DNA of 64,000 nucleotides from an uncultured Planctomycetales bacterium (GCA_964354795.1 CAYHBB010000003.1:5887-69886), one strand, 5' to 3'; positions 42,251-53,157 are shown, counted from the stretch's first letter. Translations and numbers: made by a program. The notes: a model not told the origin generated them from the letters alone.

Positions 42251-43891
42251 ATGCATGTAATGTTTGTCATACCCCGTTTTGCTGCGCCTAGCCAATTCTA
42301 TAATTATCCAGCAGGGTTAGCTCATATCTATGCTTTTCTTAAACAGCATGGTGTTTCGGTATCGTGTCTGAATCTTTGTCATGAATCTCAAAACACCCAT
42401 GTATTATTAAAGCGTGAGTTTGAGAAACAGCGAGTGGATATAATCTGCACTGGGGGGATGTCTTCGCACTGGGGATTAATCGAGGACATTCTTGTGAATG
42501 CCAAGCGTATTGACCGGAATGTTATCGCAGTGATCGGAGGGCCGATCATAACTGCTGATCCTGAGCTTGCCATGGCAAAACTTCCGATTGATTACGGTGT
42601 CATCGGCGAAGGAGAATATACAATAATTGAATTACTTGAGATCATTAAACGACAGGCTTATCCTAGTATGGTTAAAGGACTAATTTTTAAGAGTCCCGAC
42701 GGCCAGCTGGTGTTGACAGAAAAGCGGGAGGAAATTGAGGACCTTGATTCTCTGCCTATTCCAGAGCGTAAAGATTTTGGTTACACTATGGTTTGGGAGC
42801 CATTAAAAAAATATGCCGAACAGATACCTATTTTGGAAACTTTGCGTTACGCCGAGATTATAGGATCGCGTTCTTGCCCTTTTTCCTGCACTTTTTGCTA
42901 TCATCCTTTGGGCAAGAAATACCGCCAACGCTCACTCGATAACGTTTTTGCGGAGATTGATTATCTACACAGAACTTTCGGAGCAAACGTTATCGCTTTT
43001 AATGACGAGCTTTTTTCTCAGGATCAAACTCGGATGCTAGCATTAGCAAAGCGTATCAAACCCTACAATATTAAGTGGACGGCTCAGTTTAGAGTAACAA
43101 ATGTGCAACGCGAGGTAATGAAAGAATTGGTTGCTTCCGGTTTGATAGTCGCTCATTTTGGCATAGAGAGTATGAATGACGAAGTTTTAAAGAGCATGGA
43201 GAAGCATACTAGTAGGGCTGATATTATCAATGCTCTGGAGATTTGCCGGCAGGAGAAACTAGCATGCTCCGGAAATATTATTCTCGGCGACTCGGTTGAC
43301 ACTATTGAAACGATCAATGAGTCTATAGAATGGTGGAAGAATAATTCCATCTACCAAATCACTTTGGATTTTATCCGGGCGGTTCCTGACGCCCCAATCT
43401 ATCGCCTTGCGCTTGAGAGGGGGCTCATCAAAAACAAGCTGGGCCATGTTAGGAACTTACCGCTGATAAATTTGTCGAAGATGTCAGGCAGGCAGTATTA
43501 TGCCTTAGTGTTGAAGGTATGTTGGTGGAATCTTATGTGTACGTATAAGACTCCGGGGGCACTCATTACTACGCTTCGGCTTGATGAGCGTTTTGGCGAT
43601 AAACATTTCTATGAGCTTAAATTACGTTGCCCATTTTGTGGTAACGAACAGGTTTATAAGAAGCTTATGATCCTTCCGGCTCCTAATCTGGTAAACATCT
43701 GTTTTTGTTGTTTCGCGGATTTTAAGATTTCGCAGAAACAAGCATTTCCTGGAGACTATTCATCGGTGGCAACGTTTAGGTATATGCTGGTCAAGTTAGC
43801 AGGAGCTTACATGATGAGGTTTTCTTTCTTCAGAAACTATAGCCACGTACTCAAGAAGTTATTAAAAAAATATTCTACTAATTATGAATGA
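42251..43891 (+). CDS. B12-binding radical SAM protein with C-terminal Cys-rich ribbon
   Basis: PAGLAHI, GEGE, SRSCPFSCTFC, GIES; CPFC..CFCC; ATG 42251 follows AAGGTGG. Confidence 0.85.
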   Translation: MHVMFVIPRFAAPSQFYNYPAGLAHIYAFLKQHGVSVSCLNLCHESQNTHVLLKREFEKQRVDIICTGGMSSHWGLIEDILVNAKRIDRNVIAVIGGPIITADPELAMAKLPIDYGVIGEGEYTIIELLEIIKRQAYPSMVKGLIFKSPDGQLVLTEKREEIEDLDSLPIPERKDFGYTMVWEPLKKYAEQIPILETLRYAEIIGSRSCPFSCTFCYHPLGKKYRQRSLDNVFAEIDYLHRTFGANVIAFNDELFSQDQTRMLALAKRIKPYNIKWTAQFRVTNVQREVMKELVASGLIVAHFGIESMNDEVLKSMEKHTSRADIINALEICRQEKLACSGNIILGDSVDTIETINESIEWWKNNSIYQITLDFIRAVPDAPIYRLALERGLIKNKLGHVRNLPLINLSKMSGRQYYALVLKVCWWNLMCTYKTPGALITTLRLDERFGDKHFYELKLRCPFCGNEQVYKKLMILPAPNLVNICFCCFADFKISQKQAFPGDYSSVATFRYMLVKLAGAYMMRFSFFRNYSHVLKKLLKKYSTNYE

Positions 43892-45590
43892 TTATGAGTT
43901 TCAAATAAAATATGTAAAAGATAGCTCCTTAAGAATGCTATGGATGCAAGATTTGCAATCCGTAACTCCTACTTTCGGCTGTTTCCACTATCCGTACTGG
44001 AGGGATAAGGTTGCTGATTTTGCAGATATCCGTTTTCAGGAGGCGGGTGCCGCCTTGGGGTTACTTATTCATCCTGAACTTTATGATGATTCGCTTCCTG
44101 GAAAGGAAATTTTATATACCGCTTTTTCTAGCGGTTTAGAGTTTTGGTGCAAACAGCAACATAGTGATGGAAGTTTTGATGAATGGTATAAGAACGAGCA
44201 TGGTTTTGCCGCAACGGTTTTTCCCATAATCGCATACGGTCTTGCCATCAATTTCCTCGGCGATTCTGTTAAAAATAAAGATAAAGAAATATTCTTACAA
44301 ACGGCCAGTAAGGCATCTCACTGGTTACTGAGGCGCGATGATTTTGTGAAAATGAACCATCAGGCTGCAGCTGCTTGCGCGCTTTCGATTATTTATCGTC
44401 TGACCGGTAACAAAATATTTGCCAATGGAGCGGCTAAGAAGCACAGAGACGTATTATCTTCCCAGAAAGATGAAGGATGGTTTAATGAAATAGCAGGCAT
44501 GGATTTTGGTTATTGCGGTGTTTTGTTGGACTATATGATGCTTTACCGCTATATGACGCAGGATGACTCGGGTTTAATCCCCATGCAAAGATTGTACGCT
44601 TTTATGTATCCTTTTATACAGCCGGATATGACTCTTTCTGCAGAACCAAGTATATGTCTTAATACTTATCTTTCCCGGATCGGAACAGTGTTATTATCGG
44701 AATATTCCCATGAATCCGCTGAAATAGCCAAAATTCTTTCTGAACAGAATAGCGGCTTTAGGGGCGTGGAACCTTATTTGGCTGATGATTTGAGGCTTTG
44801 CCGATGGGCTTACTTTCCGTTAGTTTCCGGATTGATTAAAGCAGAGATGTGCCGGAGAAATTCTTTTATTAAAGCATATAATAGTTTGAAAATCTATAAA
44901 GGGGATATTTTTCACCATGAGGCCAATGTTTTTTCTTACAGAAATTCTGGTTTGCAGGTTAATTTCTTTCCTTCGGGCGCAGGGGCAGTTAGGTTCTTTT
45001 TGCACGAAGGCAATATAAACGAAGTTCATCAATACCATGATGCTGGCTATAGCTATTCCGATAAGCATATATCAAAAAATAAGTTATTTACTGGCGGCTA
45101 CTCTAATTTACGTAAAACCGACAGGAAGATCAATACTATTACTACATGCGTTAATTTTATCCCTGCGAAGTTCTTCTTTCCGCCATTCTTCGCCAAAGTG
45201 ATTCTAAGGATAGGCTGTATTATCCCTTTTTTGTCGTTTTGCCTAAGGAAACTCATTGATTCATACCGAAAGAAAAAAGGTACGGCCATTAACCAATCCG
45301 TAGCACCTCTTTCAGGCAAAAACTCAGGGATAGTTCTTTACAGAACGCTTGCTTTTCAAGAGGACAATTTTAAGATTATTGATTTGATTAAGAGTGAAAG
45401 AAAAGGAACTAAATTACAGTTATCCAATCTGAGTCCGCGCATCTTCATTGACGGCGTGGAAATGAAAGCAGAAAATATGTTTGATCAGTTTGTTAGCTCG
45501 AATATTCAGGCAGTCACTATTACAAAAGTAATCCGGTTTTTAAAAGAGAAACATAAATTTGATGTGTCTTTCTCGATAGGGGGGAACTAA
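43884..45590 (+). CDS. Hypothetical (alpha/alpha)-barrel-like protein (heparinase II/III- or terpene-cyclase-repeat-like)
   Basis: QQHSDGSFDEW and SQKDEGWF Q-x-x-x-G-x-F repeats, then beta-rich C-terminus. Confidence 0.5.
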   Translation: MNDYEFQIKYVKDSSLRMLWMQDLQSVTPTFGCFHYPYWRDKVADFADIRFQEAGAALGLLIHPELYDDSLPGKEILYTAFSSGLEFWCKQQHSDGSFDEWYKNEHGFAATVFPIIAYGLAINFLGDSVKNKDKEIFLQTASKASHWLLRRDDFVKMNHQAAAACALSIIYRLTGNKIFANGAAKKHRDVLSSQKDEGWFNEIAGMDFGYCGVLLDYMMLYRYMTQDDSGLIPMQRLYAFMYPFIQPDMTLSAEPSICLNTYLSRIGTVLLSEYSHESAEIAKILSEQNSGFRGVEPYLADDLRLCRWAYFPLVSGLIKAEMCRRNSFIKAYNSLKIYKGDIFHHEANVFSYRNSGLQVNFFPSGAGAVRFFLHEGNINEVHQYHDAGYSYSDKHISKNKLFTGGYSNLRKTDRKINTITTCVNFIPAKFFFPPFFAKVILRIGCIIPFLSFCLRKLIDSYRKKKGTAINQSVAPLSGKNSGIVLYRTLAFQEDNFKIIDLIKSERKGTKLQLSNLSPRIFIDGVEMKAENMFDQFVSSNIQAVTITKVIRFLKEKHKFDVSFSIGGN

Positions 45591-45591
45591 A

Positions 45592-46563
45592 ATGCCTTCT
45601 AAATATTCTCTTATAAGCATAGTGGTACCGTTTTTAAATGAGTCTCAGAGTCTTCCGATATTATATAATGCGTTGGAAGAGGTAAGAAAGATACACGAAC
45701 TTGATCTTGAGTATATTTTTGTTGACGACGGTTCGGTTGACAATGGTTTTGAAAAGCTTGCTGATTTGTCTAAAGGAAACAATTGTTGCAAAATATTGCA
45801 GCTCAGGAGGAATTTTGGCAAGTCTAAAGCTTTATATTTCGGAATGCTGCATAGTAAAGGCGATATTTTAGTTACCATGGACGCTGATTTGCAGGATAAC
45901 CCGGAAGATATAGTGAAATTGATCGAAAAACTCCAAGAAGGTTACGATCTGGTAGGAGGATGGAAGAAGGTAAGGCGGGATCCGGCCACAAAGACATTTC
46001 CTTCTTTGGTGTTTAACTGGATAGTGCGATCTGCTACCGGAACAAATTTCCACGATATAAACTGCGGACTCAAAGTTTATAAAAGATGGGTCATTGATAA
46101 TGTAACGTTTAGAGGAGAGCATCACCGTTTTCCTATGGTTTTGGCAGCATCAATGGGAGCGCAGGTTACCGAGGTTCCCGTAAATCATCGCCCAAGAAAG
46201 TATGGTCGTTCTAAATTCGGCTTTGAAAGGTTTATTTGCGGTTTTCTAGATCTAATTTCAGTACTTCTACTAACCAAGTACTTTGAAAGGCCATTACATT
46301 TTTTTGCAAAGCCGGGGTTATTACTGTTTTCTATAGGAAGTTGTATTTTTTCCGTTCTTTTAGGAGAGCACATAGTTTATCTTTTTACCGGAATTGCTAA
46401 ATTTCAGTTAGTAAATAGGCCTCTATTAATAGTAGCCACAATTTTAATTATTGCTGGGGTTCAGATAATTTCTGTTGGCTTAACACTGGAGTATGTGTTG
46501 ACTCTTAAGGGCAGGAATAATTCAGAAGCAGCTTTTATAAAGAAGAAGATACATATCGATTAG
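45592..46563 (+). CDS. ArnC/GtrB-like GT2 undecaprenyl-phosphate glycosyltransferase
   Basis: VDDGS, RRNFGK, MDADLQD, two C-terminal TM segments. Confidence 0.9.
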   Translation: MPSKYSLISIVVPFLNESQSLPILYNALEEVRKIHELDLEYIFVDDGSVDNGFEKLADLSKGNNCCKILQLRRNFGKSKALYFGMLHSKGDILVTMDADLQDNPEDIVKLIEKLQEGYDLVGGWKKVRRDPATKTFPSLVFNWIVRSATGTNFHDINCGLKVYKRWVIDNVTFRGEHHRFPMVLAASMGAQVTEVPVNHRPRKYGRSKFGFERFICGFLDLISVLLLTKYFERPLHFFAKPGLLLFSIGSCIFSVLLGEHIVYLFTGIAKFQLVNRPLLIVATILIIAGVQIISVGLTLEYVLTLKGRNNSEAAFIKKKIHID

Positions 46564-46608
46564 CTATTTATTTAAAAGAGATCTTTTGATAAGAACAAAT
46601 TAATCTCT

Positions 46609-47442
46609 ATGGATATAAAAAGAAATGCTAAGTTTTGGGATGATAATCCTGTAGATGGTCTTTTGCATGATGCTAAGTCTAGGTTGGAATTCCGGAGAAA
46701 TAAGGACCGCTGGATAAATGTTTTTCCGGATAATCTCAAGGAAGGCGAACGGATGTTGTCTGTTGGTTGCGGACAAGGAACAGATGTATTTCTGGCTTTA
46801 GGCAAAGTAAATCACGATACTAGAATTGTAGGTTTAGATATTTCTTTAAGCTCCCTTAAATCAGCGGTTAATGAAATTAAGCAGACTGCTTTAAATAATA
46901 ACCTAATATTTATTAGTGCTGATGCTCAAAAGTTACCCTTCAGAGGTGAGTCCTTTGATACGGTCTGGTCATTAGGCGTACTCCATCATGTGTCTGATAT
47001 AGAACTGGCGTTATCGGAAATAAAAAGGGTGCTTAAGCCCGGTGGCAAGCTATTTTTAATGTTGTATCGCAGGAGCTGTCCAAAAGGAATCCTGGTTAAT
47101 ATGGCACGTAAAATATCAAGGTTTATAGATAAGGTAATGCAAAAGGATTATTATATATACAACAAGATTAGAAAATCAAATATTGAAAATAAGCTTGGAA
47201 CAGCTATTTATGAGCTATTTGGTTGCCCAACTTTAAATCTGTATTCAGGCAAGCAAGTTCATAAGCTTTTACGTAACTTCTTGAACATTAAAATCGAGTC
47301 ATATGAAAGCGGTATTTATGGATTAAATGTTTTTCTGCCTATTAGGTTAAAAAGATTTTTTTTGCCAATTTTAAACTTATTCGATCCTTCAAGAAATTGT
47401 CTTGGTTTCCATTGGTTAATCACTATTAAGAAAGATAGCTGA
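46609..47442 (+). CDS. Class I SAM-dependent methyltransferase
   Basis: VGCGQG, GLDIS, DAQKLPF, GVLHH, RVLKPGG. Confidence 0.9.
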   Translation: MDIKRNAKFWDDNPVDGLLHDAKSRLEFRRNKDRWINVFPDNLKEGERMLSVGCGQGTDVFLALGKVNHDTRIVGLDISLSSLKSAVNEIKQTALNNNLIFISADAQKLPFRGESFDTVWSLGVLHHVSDIELALSEIKRVLKPGGKLFLMLYRRSCPKGILVNMARKISRFIDKVMQKDYYIYNKIRKSNIENKLGTAIYELFGCPTLNLYSGKQVHKLLRNFLNIKIESYESGIYGLNVFLPIRLKRFFLPILNLFDPSRNCLGFHWLITIKKDS

Positions 47443-47448
47443 TAAAAT

Positions 47449-49368
47449 ATGTGCGGAATATTTGGTTGGTTAAGAGAAGATGGGCTGCCGGATTACGAGA
47501 TAGGCAAGAGAATCACCGATTTATTAAAACATCGCGGTCCCGATGATTCGGGGTACAAAATTGTCAACAATTGTTTCTTGGGCCACAGGCGTTTGTCTAT
47601 CATAGACGTAAGTAAAGCCGGGCACCAGCCGTTTTCTAGCGCTGACGGAAGGTATAATATTGTCTTTAACGGCGAGATTTATAATTATTTGGAATTAAGA
47701 AAAGAACTTAATGCAGAAGGAGTTAGTTTTTCGACCCAAACCGATACTGAAGTATTATTGTATGCTTATTTAAGATGGGGAAAAGAATGTTTGAAGAAAC
47801 TTGAAGGAATGTTTGCTTTTGCTATTTTTGACAGGAATGCTCAAGAATTGTTTCTTTGCAGAGACCATCTTGGTCAAAAGCCTCTATATTTTACTCAACA
47901 GAAAGGCAATTTTATTTTTTCTTCCGAGTTAAGGTGTATTATCAAGCATCCCCAAGTTGATCCGAGAATAGAATTAAAATCAATATTGAAATATCATGTT
48001 TATGATTTTCTTCCTCGCAATCTTACGCCTTTAAGGAATGTATGGAAGCTACCCCCTGGGCATTTTCTTGTTTTGAAGAATAATTCTATTGTCATTCATG
48101 AATACTGGAAAAGTACCCCTGGGCATAATGAGAGTAAGATAAATATTGATAAGGCAATTAGTCAACTGGATGCTTTATTATTTGATTCTGTAAAAAAACA
48201 TTTACGTTCCGATGTCCCTTACGGTATTTTCTTAAGCGGCGGGATAGATTCTTCTCTGGTTACGCATTATGCTAGGAGTGTTCTCGGTAAAGATGATTTA
48301 AAGACGTTTAGCGTTGCATTTGAGTATAAGAATTTTGATGAATCTAAAGTTGCCCAAGCAGTTGCTAGAAAATACGGGACCAACCATACGGTAATACCAA
48401 TGACAAAAGAAAGCATTTTAAATTCAATTCATAAAATCTTGGATCATTTGGATGAGCCTTTAGCTAACCCGGGCTTAGTAAACTCTTATTTTATATCTAA
48501 TTTTGCCGCTGGAGATATCAAGGTCGCTTTGTCCGGAAACGGTGGCGATGAATTATTCGGCGGTTACGTTACTTTTAAAGCTGATCTTGCTTCAAAGATT
48601 TTTTCAGCCCTACCAGATCCGTTTATAAATTCATTTAAATTTCTTTCATCTAAAGTTTTATTTGCCAGTAGCGACTATATGAGTTTTGATTTTAAAGTAA
48701 ATAATTTATTGAAAGGCTTTCCCGGGCCTGATATTTTAAGGAATCAATGCTGGTTAGCCGCGATCCCCCCGGAAGAAATACCGGGACTATATAAAGGATT
48801 AAATTTACCGGACTTATTTTTTAAAAGAGCTACTACTAAGGACAATATCTTCGAAGAAGTGATGGAGGCAGCATATCCTGTGGAAAAAAGTAATTTAAGA
48901 AATAAAATGCTTATTCAATATCAGAAGTTGTTTTTGCCTGAATTTGTTTGCGCCAATACCGACCGTGCGAGCATGAGCGTTTCATTAGAGGTGCGTTCTC
49001 CTTTTATTCATAGGCCAATTATTGAGTTTGCTAATACCCTTCCGCAAAATCTGAAAATAAGGAAGAATAAATTAAAGTATCTGCTTTTTGAATTAGGAAA
49101 AAGAATAGGTTTGCCAAAAGAGGTCTTGAGTCATCCCAAGCAGGGGTTTACCTTTCCGGTTGCCGGATGGCTTCGTACCGACCTAAAAGATACAATGGAA
49201 GAGGTATTTTCCCAAGAAACTGTATCGAGATTTGGCATTATAGACAAAAATAGAATTTCGCTTCTAAGAAAAGAGCATCTTTCGGGCAAGCGGAATCATT
49301 ATAAGGCTCTCTGGAATTTACTTACGCTTTTTAAATGGATGCAGAACTTTCCGGAGGTGTATGTTTGA
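47449..49368 (+). CDS. asnB: Asparagine synthase-like glutamine amidotransferase (glycan amidation type)
   Basis: MCGIFG, HRGPD, RRLSIID, FLSGGIDSS, SGNGGDELFGGY, EVRSPF. Confidence 0.9.
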   Translation: MCGIFGWLREDGLPDYEIGKRITDLLKHRGPDDSGYKIVNNCFLGHRRLSIIDVSKAGHQPFSSADGRYNIVFNGEIYNYLELRKELNAEGVSFSTQTDTEVLLYAYLRWGKECLKKLEGMFAFAIFDRNAQELFLCRDHLGQKPLYFTQQKGNFIFSSELRCIIKHPQVDPRIELKSILKYHVYDFLPRNLTPLRNVWKLPPGHFLVLKNNSIVIHEYWKSTPGHNESKINIDKAISQLDALLFDSVKKHLRSDVPYGIFLSGGIDSSLVTHYARSVLGKDDLKTFSVAFEYKNFDESKVAQAVARKYGTNHTVIPMTKESILNSIHKILDHLDEPLANPGLVNSYFISNFAAGDIKVALSGNGGDELFGGYVTFKADLASKIFSALPDPFINSFKFLSSKVLFASSDYMSFDFKVNNLLKGFPGPDILRNQCWLAAIPPEEIPGLYKGLNLPDLFFKRATTKDNIFEEVMEAAYPVEKSNLRNKMLIQYQKLFLPEFVCANTDRASMSVSLEVRSPFIHRPIIEFANTLPQNLKIRKNKLKYLLFELGKRIGLPKEVLSHPKQGFTFPVAGWLRTDLKDTMEEVFSQETVSRFGIIDKNRISLLRKEHLSGKRNHYKALWNLLTLFKWMQNFPEVYV

Positions 49369-50404
49369 CATGCTTAAGAAAATAATAGATTTGGTTAAAT
49401 TAGTAAAGAATATTTCTTGTATTAAACTCGGTTTTCCGCGGCCCATAATAGCGGTTTGGGAGGTGACCTACCGTTGTAATATGCGTTGTGTTTTCTGCAA
49501 TGAAAAAAACCTTATTGCCGAAGAAATGAATACATCCGAGGCACTAGTGATGATTGAGCGTCTCAATAAGTTAAAAACTAATATTATTCTGCTTACCGGA
49601 GGTGAACCGACTATTAGGGGTGATATAGGTATTTTGGTGGATGCAATTAAAAAAAGCGGTTTAACTTTAATATTTACTACTAATGGATTAACGATAAAAG
49701 AGAATCTTGCAACTCTAGTTAAGGCTGATTTAATAAGGCTTAGCGTTGATGGTTATGGTGATATCCATGATCAAATTCGAGGGACGCCGGGTGCTTTTAA
49801 GAAAATTGAAGAAGGCGTGTCTTTGCTGATAAAGGCCGGAAAACCTCCCATGCTCGTTTGTGTAGTTACTAGTATAGTCAATAGAGATAATCTAAGGCAG
49901 TTGTTTCTTAGGGCCCGGGAATGGGGAGTGCAAATCGATTTTTCCATGGTCACCTATTCATTAAAAACCGAAAAATTCCTTAATGAATTAAATGCCGTTA
50001 GCGAGATTCAAGAAAAAAGCAAAATAAGTGAGGAAGAGTTCCTAAAGATGCTTGAAGAATTTAAAAATGATTTTCCCGATGTCCTGGCCAATCCCAGATT
50101 CTATAAGCATCTTATAATGTCTGGTGGATTGGGTAGAAGATGTAGGGCTTTGGATGTTTCTTTGAATATCAGGCCAAACGGTCATATATCGATTCCCTGT
50201 GATGCATATACCTTAAAAGAGTTGGAAGGTGATATCCGCGATAATTGGTCAAAGATGCAGCAGTTAAAGGATGTCAAGGCTAAGGTAGGCGAATATTATT
50301 TTTGTAAAAAATGTTATAAAAGATGCATTGCCTTTCCTTCAATGTTTTTAAGTTTTAATAATTTTGTAGACTTATTGAGGTCTTATTTTCCTTCGTTAAA
50401 ATGA
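49361..50404 (+). CDS. Radical SAM protein with twitch/SPASM-like C-terminus
   Basis: CNMRCVFC, TGGEP, C..PC..CKKCYKRC. Confidence 0.85.
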   Translation: MFDMLKKIIDLVKLVKNISCIKLGFPRPIIAVWEVTYRCNMRCVFCNEKNLIAEEMNTSEALVMIERLNKLKTNIILLTGGEPTIRGDIGILVDAIKKSGLTLIFTTNGLTIKENLATLVKADLIRLSVDGYGDIHDQIRGTPGAFKKIEEGVSLLIKAGKPPMLVCVVTSIVNRDNLRQLFLRAREWGVQIDFSMVTYSLKTEKFLNELNAVSEIQEKSKISEEEFLKMLEEFKNDFPDVLANPRFYKHLIMSGGLGRRCRALDVSLNIRPNGHISIPCDAYTLKELEGDIRDNWSKMQQLKDVKAKVGEYYFCKKCYKRCIAFPSMFLSFNNFVDLLRSYFPSLK

Positions 50405-52011
50405 AGAAAAAACTCGGCATTCTGATTCCTTTGAGAAAAAAGCACAATTTAGATCTCAAGGATAATTATAAATATTGCATTATTTTATTTTTTATTTGCT
50501 TAACAATACACTTGATGCTTTCTTTTGTCGGCTGGGGAAATACTTTGTGCGATAATCACAGCAGTCGTCAAACCCTAACTGCAATTTCTACTTATTATAC
50601 GATAAAGGATGGTTTTAAAATAAATTACATAACACCTGTATTAGGTAAGCCCTGGGCTGTTCCCTTAGAGTTTCCTTTATACCAATGGATAGCGGCAGCA
50701 GTTGTTATTATTTTAAAAATTCCTTTAGATCAAGGGGGAAGATTAGTCAGTTTAATATTTTTCTATTTTTCTTTTATCCCCATCTATTTTTTGCTAACTC
50801 ATTTTATTGCTAAGAAATCACATAGATTGATTTTCCTTTGTTTGATATTAGCTAGTCCATTTTTTATCTTTTGGTCACGCACATTTTTGATTGAGTCTTT
50901 AGCATTATTTCTTAGCCTAAGCTTCTTACTGGGTGTAGTTAATTCTACAATTAAGTCTCGGAGCCTCGTAGTGTTAATTACTTGTGTTGTGGGAACTTTG
51001 GCAGGCCTAACTAAAATAACAACTTTTTTTTTATATTATTTAGTAGGATTAATATTTTATTTTCTCATTCGTGTACGCAGTAATAGTTGGGTTATCGGTT
51101 TACCCGATGTCTCCAAGAAAAAATTTATTAGTTCTATTTTTCTATTCGGCGTACCAGTTATTATTAATTTGTGGTATATACACTTTGCTGATATGCAGAA
51201 ATCTTTAAATCCTATAGCAAATGTTTTTATTTCGCATTCCTCAAAATGGTGGTATATTGGAAGATTTGGGGATAAATTTACATGGGAGACGTGGAGCCAG
51301 ATATTAAAATTCAGTAGTTCGATTATTTTCTATCCTACAAAAGTATTTATAATTAGCTATGGATTTATTTTTGGGTTCTTTTTTATTTTAGCGCGGAGAT
51401 ATCGTAAAGAGGCTTTGTTTTGTTTTCTTTTGTTCTTATCCGGTCCGCTTATCTTTACCAATTTATATTACCGACATATATATTATTATTATGCTAATGC
51501 AGTATTTCTTTTGTCTTCTTTGGCTTTTCTTGTGGTTTCGCTCCTTGAAGATAATAAGTGGAAATATTTTACCAAGTTAGTAATTTTTCCTGCATTATTA
51601 TTAACAATGTACTCTACATATTTCTTTAGCTATTATTCTATCCAGAAAAAGAATCACCTTTACCTTCAACCATTAATAGAAGCTATTAAGTCTCATACAA
51701 AAGAAAGTGATATAATCTTAATTTATGGTTTTGATTGGCATCCCGAAATACCTTATTATTCACAGAGAAGGGCATTAATGTATCATATATGGACTGGAGG
51801 GTTATTTAGCGATAACAGATTTAAGCTTGCGTTAAAATCATTAGAAAACGAAAAAATCGGGGGAATGGTTGTAGGAGGCGAGACAGGAGAAGACAAGAGG
51901 AAGGATCGAGTTTTTATTGAGGAACGAATAAAGGAATTAAATTTATTACCGCATCCAGTATTTCAAGATTATTTTGCAGATTTTTATGTAACACAGGGCA
52001 GCGCTCCTTAG
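50401..52011 (+). CDS. GT-C membrane glycosyltransferase (ArnT-like)
   Basis: RQTLT, EFPLYQ, GRLVS, SRTFLIES, HIYY. Confidence 0.8.
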   Translation: MKKKLGILIPLRKKHNLDLKDNYKYCIILFFICLTIHLMLSFVGWGNTLCDNHSSRQTLTAISTYYTIKDGFKINYITPVLGKPWAVPLEFPLYQWIAAAVVIILKIPLDQGGRLVSLIFFYFSFIPIYFLLTHFIAKKSHRLIFLCLILASPFFIFWSRTFLIESLALFLSLSFLLGVVNSTIKSRSLVVLITCVVGTLAGLTKITTFFLYYLVGLIFYFLIRVRSNSWVIGLPDVSKKKFISSIFLFGVPVIINLWYIHFADMQKSLNPIANVFISHSSKWWYIGRFGDKFTWETWSQILKFSSSIIFYPTKVFIISYGFIFGFFFILARRYRKEALFCFLLFLSGPLIFTNLYYRHIYYYYANAVFLLSSLAFLVVSLLEDNKWKYFTKLVIFPALLLTMYSTYFFSYYSIQKKNHLYLQPLIEAIKSHTKESDIILIYGFDWHPEIPYYSQRRALMYHIWTGGLFSDNRFKLALKSLENEKIGGMVVGGETGEDKRKDRVFIEERIKELNLLPHPVFQDYFADFYVTQGSAP

Positions 52012-52045
52012 TCGGATTTAGAAAAAAAGCCTGTTAAATGGGCAA

Positions 52046-53104
52046 ATGGATTCTTCCTTTCGAATGCTGATTGAAAAAATAGAATACGATTTGTATATAC
52101 AATGGTTCTTGTTAAGGGAGTGCAATTTTTCCTGTGAATATTGCATTGTTGATAGTAATTGTTTAAAAGAAAGTGCGCTTAGGAAAATCGATATTCCCCG
52201 CATTATTAATAAACTGGATCAGCTTAACAAGACAGTATTGTTTAATTTTACCGGAGGAGAACCGTTCTTATTGCCTAATTTTACTGAATTCATGCGGGAG
52301 TTGACCAGGAAACATTATATACGCTTAGACACGAATCTTTCTTTAAGAAATAAATGCGAAGAGTTTATGGATATCGTAGATCCCAAAAGGGTTTATGAAA
52401 TAGTCTTCAGTACACATGTATTGGAAAGAGAGAAAACAGATTTTGATTTATCCGGGCTTTGCGAGCTGGTCAGTAGATTCCAAAATAAAGGATTCAGGAT
52501 GATAGGTAAATACGTCGCATTTCCACCTCTATTAAAAAGGATGGAAAAGGACATTGATTTTTTTAAAATGCGGGGTATCAAGGTGCTGCCAAGTCTTTTT
52601 GTCGGAACATATAACGGCAGAGATTATCCTATTAGCGACAATACTTTGACTTATTCAGAAGAAGAGGTGGAATTGATAAAGAGGCTGAATCCTTACGCAA
52701 TAGAGGTTGCTAAGCCGGTAAGGAATCAATCCTGTAATGCAGGCTGCTCTGCCTTTGCCGTAAATTTCGACTGCGAAATGTTTCCTTGCGCCCAGCTCGA
52801 CATTAAGCTAGGTGATTTTTTAGGCAGGTGGCATGTTTTTCCAAAGGCTATCAAGTGTCCACTTAGGTATTGTTTATGCCCTTGCAACAAGCCGCAGGCT
52901 GTGAGCCTCTATAGTAATCAGAATGAATATCTGGCACAAAAGACGATCTCGGAAAAAGGAGTTTTCTCAATAGTAGAATCGCATATGTTAACAGGATATT
53001 TTGCCAGGAGGCTCTCGGGCTTCTTTAAAAATAACCTTTTCCGTTTTAGGGCAAAGAGGCGTACTTCAAGCCGATATTTGGCAATCGCAAATAGGCATGA
53101 ATAA
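52046..53104 (+). CDS. Radical SAM protein with twitch domain
   Basis: CNFSCEYC, TGGEP, CNAG..PC..CPLRYCLC. Confidence 0.85.
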   Translation: MDSSFRMLIEKIEYDLYIQWFLLRECNFSCEYCIVDSNCLKESALRKIDIPRIINKLDQLNKTVLFNFTGGEPFLLPNFTEFMRELTRKHYIRLDTNLSLRNKCEEFMDIVDPKRVYEIVFSTHVLEREKTDFDLSGLCELVSRFQNKGFRMIGKYVAFPPLLKRMEKDIDFFKMRGIKVLPSLFVGTYNGRDYPISDNTLTYSEEEVELIKRLNPYAIEVAKPVRNQSCNAGCSAFAVNFDCEMFPCAQLDIKLGDFLGRWHVFPKAIKCPLRYCLCPCNKPQAVSLYSNQNEYLAQKTISEKGVFSIVESHMLTGYFARRLSGFFKNNLFRFRAKRRTSSRYLAIANRHE

Positions 53105-53157
53105 TAAAATTATACGGATACGCTCAACTAACATGACGCCGTTTCTTAATAAAAAAC

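Noticed and set aside
47449-49368. AsnB as a lasso-peptide cyclase for the Cys-rich precursor
   Set aside because: It has an intact N-terminal Cys GATase domain typical of glycan amidotransferases. The peptide tail has no Asp/Glu for a macrolactam, and no transglutaminase-like B2 protease is visible.
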